Assembly (NCBI RefSeq): GCF_009914755.1
Contig: NC_060934.1
DNA from: the human T2T-CHM13v2.0 reference genome, Homo sapiens
Length of the DNA stretch: 64,000 nucleotides
Reading direction: 5' to 3' (one strand)
Each line of letters begins with the position of its first letter. The stretch's first letter is position 1. A program made the translations under genes and the position numbers. The notes beneath the pieces were generated by a model. It did no database searches. It was given only the letters and a program-made list of their open reading frames with translations, and was not told the origin of the DNA. This document shows, in pieces, positions 56,361-64,000 of the stretch.

Positions 56361-59300
56361 AAACGAATGGAATCATCATCGAATGGCAATGAAAGGAGTC
56401 ATCATCTAATGGAATCGCATGGAGTCATCATCAAATGGAATCGAATGGAATCATCATCGAATGGAATCTAATGGGATCATTGAACGGAATTGAATGGAAT
56501 CGTCATCGAATGAATTGAATGCAATCATCGAATGGTCTCGAATGGAATCATCTTCAAATGGAATGGAATGGAATCATCGCATAGAATCGAATGGAATTAT
56601 CATCGAATGGACTCAAATGGAACCAACATCAATCGGAATCAAACGGAATTATCGAATGGAATTGAAGAGAATCATCGAATTGACTCGAATGGAATCATCT
56701 AATGAAATAGAATGGAATAATCCATGTACCCGAATGCAATCATCATCGAATAGAATCGAATGGAATCGTCGAATGGATTCGAATGGAATAAACATTGAAC
56801 GGAATCGAATGGAATCATCACCGAATGGAAACGAATGGAATCATCATCGAATGGAATCGAATGGAATCATCAAATGGAATCAGATGGTATCGTCATCAAA
56901 CGCAATCCAATAGAAATATGGAATGAAATCCAATGTGATCATCATCGAATGGACTCGAGTAGAATCATCATCCAATGGAAACTAGTAGAATCAACATCTA
57001 ATGGACTCAAATGGAATTATCTTCAAATGGATTCGAATGGAAATTTCGAATGCAATCGAATGGAATTATCGAATGCAATCGAATAGAATCCTCGCATGGA
57101 CTCGAATGGAATCATCGAATGGAATGGAATGGAATACTCAATGAACTCGAATGGAATCATCATTGAATGGAATCGAATGGAATCACGATCAAATGGAATC
57201 AAATGTAATCACGATCAAATGGAATCAAATGTAATCATCATCAAATGGAAACAAAAATAACCATCATCAATTGGTATTGCATGGAATTGTCATCAAATGG
57301 AATTCAAAGGAATCATCATCAAATGGAATCGAATGGAATCATCATCAAATGGAATCTAATGGTATCATTGAACGGAATTGAATGGAATCGGCATTGAATG
57401 AATTGAATGCAATCATCGAATGGTCTCTAATGGAATCATCTTCAAATGGAAAGGAATGGAATCATCGCATAGAATCGAATGGAATTATCATTGAATGGAC
57501 TAAAATGGAATCAACATCAAACGGAATCAAACGGAATTATCGAATGGAATTGAAGAGAATCATCGAATGGCCACGAATGGAATCATCTAATGGAATGGAA
57601 TGGAATAATCCATGGACCCGAATGCAATCATCATCGAATAGAATCGAATGGAATCATCGAATGGACTCGAATGCAATAATCATTGAACGGAATCGAATGG
57701 AATCATTATCGAATGGAAACGAATGGAATCATCATCGAATGGCAATGAAAGGAGTCATCATCTAATGGAATCGCATGGAGTCATCATCAAATGGAATCGA
57801 ATGGAATCATCATCGAATGGAATCTAGTGGAATCATTGAACGGAATTGAATGGAATCGTCATCGAATGAATTGAATGCAATCATCGAATGGTCTCGAATG
57901 GAATCATCTTCAAATGGAATGGAATGGAATCATCGCATAGAATCGAATGGAATTATCATCGAATGGACTCAAATGGAATCAACATCAATCGGAATCAAAC
58001 GGAATTATCGAATAGAATCAAAGAGAATCATCGAATGGACTCGAATGGAATCATCTAATGAAATGGAATGGAATAATCCATGGACTCGAATGCAATCATC
58101 ATCAAATGGAATCGAATGGAATCGTCGAATGGACTCGAATGCAATAAACATTGAACGGAATCGAATGGAATCATCACCAGATGGAAACGAATGGAATCAT
58201 CATCGAATGGAATCGAATGGAATCATCAAACGGAATCAGATGGAATCATCATCAAATGGAATCGAATAGAATTATGGAATGAAATCCAATGTGATCATCA
58301 TCGAATGGACTCGAAAGGAATCATCATCCAGTGGAAATTAATGGAACAAACATCGAATGGAATCGAATGGAAACACCGTCGAATTGAAACGAATGGAATT
58401 ATCATGAAATTGAAATGGATGGACTCATCATCGAATGGATTCGAATGGAATCATCGAATGAAATTGATTGAAATCCTCATCAAATGGAATCGGTTGGAAT
58501 CATTGAATGAAATCGAATGGAATCATCATCAGATGGAAATGAATGGAGTCATCACAGAATGGAATTGAATGGATTCATTGAATTGAATCAGAAGGAATCA
58601 TCGAATGGACTTGAATGGAATCATTGAGTGAACTCAAATGGAATCATTATTGCATGGAATTGAATGGAATCATCGAATGGTCTCGAATGGAATCATTATC
58701 AAATGGAATCGAATGGAATCACCGAATAGAATCGAATGGAACAATCATCGAATGGACTCAAATGGAATTATCCTCAAATGGAACCGAATGGAATTATCGA
58801 ATGCAATCGAATGGAAATATCAAATGCAATCGAATAGAATCATCGAATGGACTCGAATGGAATCATCGAATGGAAGGGAATGGAATAGTCAATGAACTCG
58901 AATGGAATCATCATTGAATGGAATCGAATGGAATCATCGAGTGGAATCGAATGGATTCATGATCAAATGGAATCGAATGGAATTATGATTGAATGGAATC
59001 GAATGGAATCATCGAGTGGAATCGAATGGAATCATGATCAAATGGAATCGAATGTAATCATCCTCCAATGGAATCAAAAATAACCATCATCAATTGGTAT
59101 TGAATGGAATTGTCATCAAATGGAATTCAAAGGAATCATCATCAAATGGACCCGAATGGAATCCTCATTGAATGGAAATGAAAGGAGTCATCATCTAATA
59201 GAATGGCATGGAATCATCATCAAATGGAATCGAATGGAATCATCATCAAATGGAATCTAATGGAATCCTTGAACGGAATTCAATGGAATCGTCATCGAAT

Positions 59301-62300
59301 GAATTGAATGCAATCATCGCATGGTCTCGAATGGAATCATCTTCAAATGGAAAGGAATGGAATCATCGCATAGAATCGAATGGAATTATCATTGAATGGA
59401 CTCGAATAGAATCAATATCAAACGGAATCAAATGGAATTATCGAATGGAATAGAAGAGAATCATCGAATTGTCAAGAATGGAATCATCTAATGGAATGGA
59501 ATGGAATAATCCATGGTCCCTATGCAATCATCATCGAATAGAATCGAATGGAATCATCGAATGGACTCGAATGCAATAATCATTGAAAGGAATAGAATGG
59601 AATCATCGTCGAATGGAAACGAATGGAATCATCATTGAATGGAAATGAAAGGAGTCATCGTCTAATGGAATCGCATGGAATCATCATCAAATGGAATCGA
59701 ATGGAATCATCATCGAATGGAATCTAATGGAATCATTGAACGGAATTGAATGGAATCGTCATCGAATGTATGGAATGCAATCATCGAATGGTCTCAAATG
59801 GAATCATCTTCAAATGGAATGGAATGGAATCATCGCATAGAATCGAATTGAATTATCATCGAATGGACTCGAATGTAATGATCTATTGAAATAGAATGGA
59901 ATAATCCATGGACTCGAATGCAATCATCATCAAATGGAATCGAATGGAATCGTCGAATGGACTCGAATGGAATAAACATTGAACGGAATCGAATGGAATC
60001 ATCACCGAATGGAAACGAATGGAATCATCATCGAATGGAATCCAATGGAATCATCAAATGGAATCAGATGGAATCATCATCAAATGGAATCGAATAGAAT
60101 TATGGAATGAAATCCAATGTGATCATCATCGAATGGACTCGAACGGAATCATCATCCAATGGAAACTAGTAGAATCAACATCTAATGGACTCAAATGGAA
60201 TTATCCTCAAATGGATTCGAATGGAATTTTCGAATGCAATCGAATGGAATTATCGAATGCAATCGAATAGAATCATCGCATGGACTCGAATGGAATCATC
60301 GAATGGAATGGAATGGAATACTCAATGAACTCGAATGGAATCATCATTGAATGGAATCGAATGGAATCACGATCAAATGGAATCAAATGTAATCACGATC
60401 AAATGGGATCGAATGTAATCATCATCAAATGGAATCAAAAATAACCATCATCAATTGGTATTGCATGGAATTGTCATCAAATGGAATTCAAAGGAATCAT
60501 CATCAAATGGAATCGAATGGAATCATCATCAAATGGAATCTAATGGTATCATTGAACGGAATTGAATGGAATCGGCATTGAATGAATTGAATGCAATCAT
60601 CGAATGCTCTCTAATGGAATCATCTTCAAATGGAAAGGAATGGAATCATCGCATAGAATCGAATGGAATTATCATTGAATGGACTAAAATGGAATCAACA
60701 TCATACGGAATCAAACGGAATTATCGAATGGAATTGAAGAGAATCATTGAATGGCCACGAATGGAATCATCTAATGGAATGGAATGGAATAATCCATGGA
60801 CCCGAATGCAATCATCATCGAATAGAATCGAATGGAATCATCGAATGGACTCGAATGGAATAATCATTGAACGGAATCGAATGGAATCATCGTCGAATGG
60901 AAACGAATGGAATCATCATCGAATGGCAATGAAAGGAGTCATCATCTAATGGAATCGCATGGAGTCATCATCAAATGGATTCGAATGGAATCATCATCGA
61001 ATGGAATCTAATGGAATCATTGAACGGAATTGAATGGAATCGTCATCGAATGAATTGAATGCAATCATCGAATGGTCTCGAATGGAATCATCTTCAAATG
61101 GAATGGAATGGAATCATCGCATAGAATCGAATGGAATTATCATCGAATGGACTCAAATGGAACCAACATCAATCGGAATCAAACGGAATTATCGAATGGA
61201 ATTGAAGAGAATCATCGAATGGACTCGAATGGAATCATCTAATGAAATAGAATGGAATAATCCATGGACTCGAATGCAATCATCCTCAAATAGAATGGAA
61301 TGGAATCGTCGAATGGACTCGAATTCAATAAACATTGAACGGAATCGAATGCAATCATCATCGGATGGAAACGAATGGAATCCTCATCGAATGGAATCGA
61401 ATGGAATCCTCAAATGGAATCAGATAGAATCATCATCAAATGGAATCATATAGAATTATGTAATGAAATCGAATGTGATCATCATTTAATGGACTCGAAT
61501 GGAATCATCATCCAATGGAAACTAATGGAATCAACATCGAATGGAATCGAATGGAAACACCATCGAATTGCAACGAATGGATTATCATGAAATTGAAATG
61601 GATGGACTCATCATCGAATGGATTCGAATGGAATCATCGAATGAAATTGATTGAAATCATCATCAAATTTAATCGAAAGGAATCATTGAATGGAATCGAA
61701 TGGAATCATCATCAGATGGAAATGAATGGAATCATCATAGAATGGAATCGAATGGATTCATTGAATGGAATCAGATGGAATCATCGAATGGACTAGAATG
61801 GAATCATTGAATGGACTCGAATTTAATCATTATTGAATGGAATTGAATGGAATCATCGAATGGTCCCGAATAGAATCATTATCAAATGGAATCGAATGGA
61901 ATCACCGAATAGAATCGAATGGAATAATCATCGAGTGGACTCAAATGGAATTATCCTCAAATGGAATCGAATGGAATTTTCGAATGCAATCGAATGGAAT
62001 TATCGAATGCAATCGAATAGAATCATCGAATGGACTCGAATGGAATCATCGAATGGAATGGAATGGAATAGTCAATGAACTCGAATGGAATCATCATTGA
62101 ATGGAATCGAATGGAATCATCGAGTGGAATCGAATGGAATCACGATCAAATGGAATCGAATGGAAACACGATCAAATGGAATCGAATGTAATCATCATCA
62201 AATGGAATTAAAAATAACCATCATCAATTGGTATTGAATGGAATTGTCATCAAATGGAATTCAAAGAATCATCATCAAATGGAATCGAATGGAATCATCA

Positions 62301-63480
62301 TCAAATGGAATCTAATTTTATCATTGAACGGAATTGAATGGAATCGGCATTGAGTGAATTGAATGCAATCATCGAATGGTCTCTAATGGAATCATCTTCA
62401 AATGGAAAGGAATGGAATCATCGCATAGAATCGAATGGAATTATCATTGAATGGACTAAAATGAAATCAACATCAAAAGGAATCAAACGGAATTATCGAA
62501 TGGAATCGAAGAGAATCATCGAATGGCCACGAATGGAATCATCTAATGGAATGGAATGGCATAATCCATTACACGAATGCAATCATCATCGAATAGAATC
62601 GAATGGAATCATCGAATGGACTCGAATGGAATAATCATTGAATGGAATCGAATGGAATCATCGTCTAATGGAAACGAATGGAATCATCATCGAATGGAAA
62701 TGAAAGGAGTTATCATCTAATGGAATCGCATGGAATCATCATCAAATGGAATCGAATGGAATCATCATCGAATGGAATCTAATGGAATCATTGAACGGAA
62801 TTGAATGGAATCGTCATCGAATGAATTGAATGCAATCATCGAATGGTCTCGAATGAAATCATCTTCAAATGGAATGGAATGGAAACATCGCATAGAATCG
62901 AATGGAATTATCATCGAATGGACTCAAATGGAACCAACATCAATCGGAATCAAACGGAATTATCGAATGGAATTGAAGAGAATCATCGAATGGACTCGAT
63001 GGAATCATCTAATGAGATAGAATGGAATAATCCATGGACTCGAATGCAATCATCCTCAAATAGAATGGAATGGAATCGTCGAATGGACTCGAATTCAATA
63101 AACATTGAACGGAATCGAATGCAATCATCATCGGATGGAAACGAATGGAATCATCATCGAATGGAATCGAATGGAATCCTCAAATGGAATCAGATGGAAT
63201 CATCATCAAATGGAATCATATAGAATTATGTAATGAAATCGAATGTGATCATCATTTAATGGACTCGAATGGAATCATCATCCAATGGAAACTAATGGAA
63301 TCAACATTGAATGGAGTCGAATGGAAACACCATCGAATTGCAACGAAAGGATTATCATGAAATTGAAATGGATGGACTCATCATCGAATGGATTCGAATG
63401 GAATCATCGAATGAAATTAATTGAAATCATCATCAAATGGAATCGAAAGGAATCATTGAATGGAATCGAATGGAATCATC
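56361..63480 (+). repeat. Domain D: older, more diverged HSat2 copies with 3184-bp and ~1771-bp offsets
   Basis: ORF offsets are 56835->60019, 57382->60566 and 57850->61034 (3184), and 60566->62338, 61034->62805 and 61375->63145 (1770-1772). D markers are GGAATCGGCATTG, TCTCTAATGG, GGCAATGAAAGG and GGAACCAACATC. There are many private substitutions. Confidence 0.8.
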
Positions 63481-64000
63481 ATCAGATGGAAATGAATGGA
63501 ATCATCACTGAATGGAATCGAATGGATTCATTGAATGGAATCTGATGGAATCATCGAATGGACTTGAATGGAATCATTGAATGGACTCGAATGGAATCTT
63601 TATTGAATGGAATTGAATGGAATCATCGAATGGTCTCGAATGGAATCATTATCAAATGGAATAGAATGGAATCACCGAATAGAATCGAATGGAACAATCA
63701 TCGAATGGACTCAAATGGAATTATCCTCAAATGGAATCGAATGAATTTATCGAATGCAATCGAATGGAATTATCGAAAGCAATCGAATAGAATCATCGAA
63801 TGGACTCGAATGGAATCATCGAATGGAATGGAATGGAAGAGTCAATGAACTCGAATGGAATCATCATTGAATGCAATCGAATGGAATCATCGAGTGGAAT
63901 CGAATGGAATCATGATCAAATGGAATCGAATGTAATCATCATCAAATGGAATCCAAAATCACCATCATCAATTGGTACTGAATGGAATTGTCATCAAATG
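63481..64000 (+). repeat. Return to domain-C-type sequence
   Basis: C markers reappear: CATCACTG (~63508), TCTGATGG (63541), ATCTTTATTG, CGAAAGCAATC, GGAAGAGTC and CCAAAATCACC...GGTACTG (63953-63980). Confidence 0.85.

Larger units (their letters stand above)
1..64000 (+). repeat. Satellite II (HSat2/HSATII) pericentromeric tandem array, probably the HSat2A (1.8-kb-unit) branch
   Basis: The entire window consists of GGAAT/CGAAT pentamers interrupted by ATC/ATCATC triplets, the reverse complement of ATTCCATTCG-(ATG)1-2. This is the HSat2 23/26-bp signature rather than the simple (CATTC)n of HSat3. TCGA is very abundant, the ~1.77-1.9-kb base unit is visible and orientation is constant. The subfamily call is from recalled knowledge and needs an alignment. 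Confidence 0.96.

Noticed and set aside
176-63848. Hundreds of + strand ORFs up to 241 aa (e.g. 2710-3435, 739-1410, 41193-41858) with MESSSNGIEWNHRM-like repeats
   Set aside because: They are direct translations of GGAAT/CGAAT/ATC repeats. They overlap in all three frames, are broken at arbitrary points in paralogous copies and have no domain-like complexity. ATG is built into the repeat.
1-64000. CRISPR-like repeat-spacer appearance of recurring 23-37-bp motifs
   Set aside because: The intervening sequences are themselves diverged satellite monomers, not unique spacers, and there are no cas genes or leader.
1-64000. Possible inversion, transposon insertion (Alu/L1) or unique-sequence island
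   Set aside because: I read through the window and saw no CATTC-strand block, poly(A) tail, GC-rich segment or non-satellite tract. Very small events could have been missed by eye.
1-64000. Assignment to a specific chromosome (1q12, 10, 16q11, 2, 7) or to functional centromere/CENP-B boxes
   Set aside because: No unique flank is available to place the window. There is no 171-bp alpha-satellite or CENP-B box, and the 6.1-kb chr16 period is not observed.

Overview
The whole 64-kb window is one uninterrupted, single-orientation array of classical primate pericentromeric satellite II (HSat2/HSATII; GGAAT/GAATG-rich strand on +, CATTC strand on -). It is built from diverged 23/26-bp monomers such as GAATGGAATC-GAATGGAATC-ATC(ATC). 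I see no credible protein-coding gene, RNA gene, transposon, CRISPR array or inversion, and all listed ORFs are translation artefacts of the pentamer repeat. The informative content is the higher-order architecture. A ~1.8-kb ancestral unit (a 468-bp short subunit plus a ~1.36-kb long subunit, both starting ATGGAATCGTCATCGAATGAATTGAATGCAATC) has been rearranged into four domains: A (1-~12.7 kb, 4408-bp higher-order repeat [HOR], ~2.9 copies), B (~13.1-41.6 kb, nearly invariant 4548-bp HOR, ~6.3 copies), C (~41.6-56.4 kb, irregular ~2.42-kb units with a 595-bp chimeric module) and D (~56.4-63.5 kb, older copies with 3184-bp and ~1771-bp offsets). C-type sequence resumes in the last ~0.5 kb. Periods come from offsets between homologous ORF starts and were checked by reading marker variants. 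I found no evidence of a new coding system; the findings concern satellite evolution (unequal crossover, conversion, indel sizes) and possible transcription-factor motif arrays.
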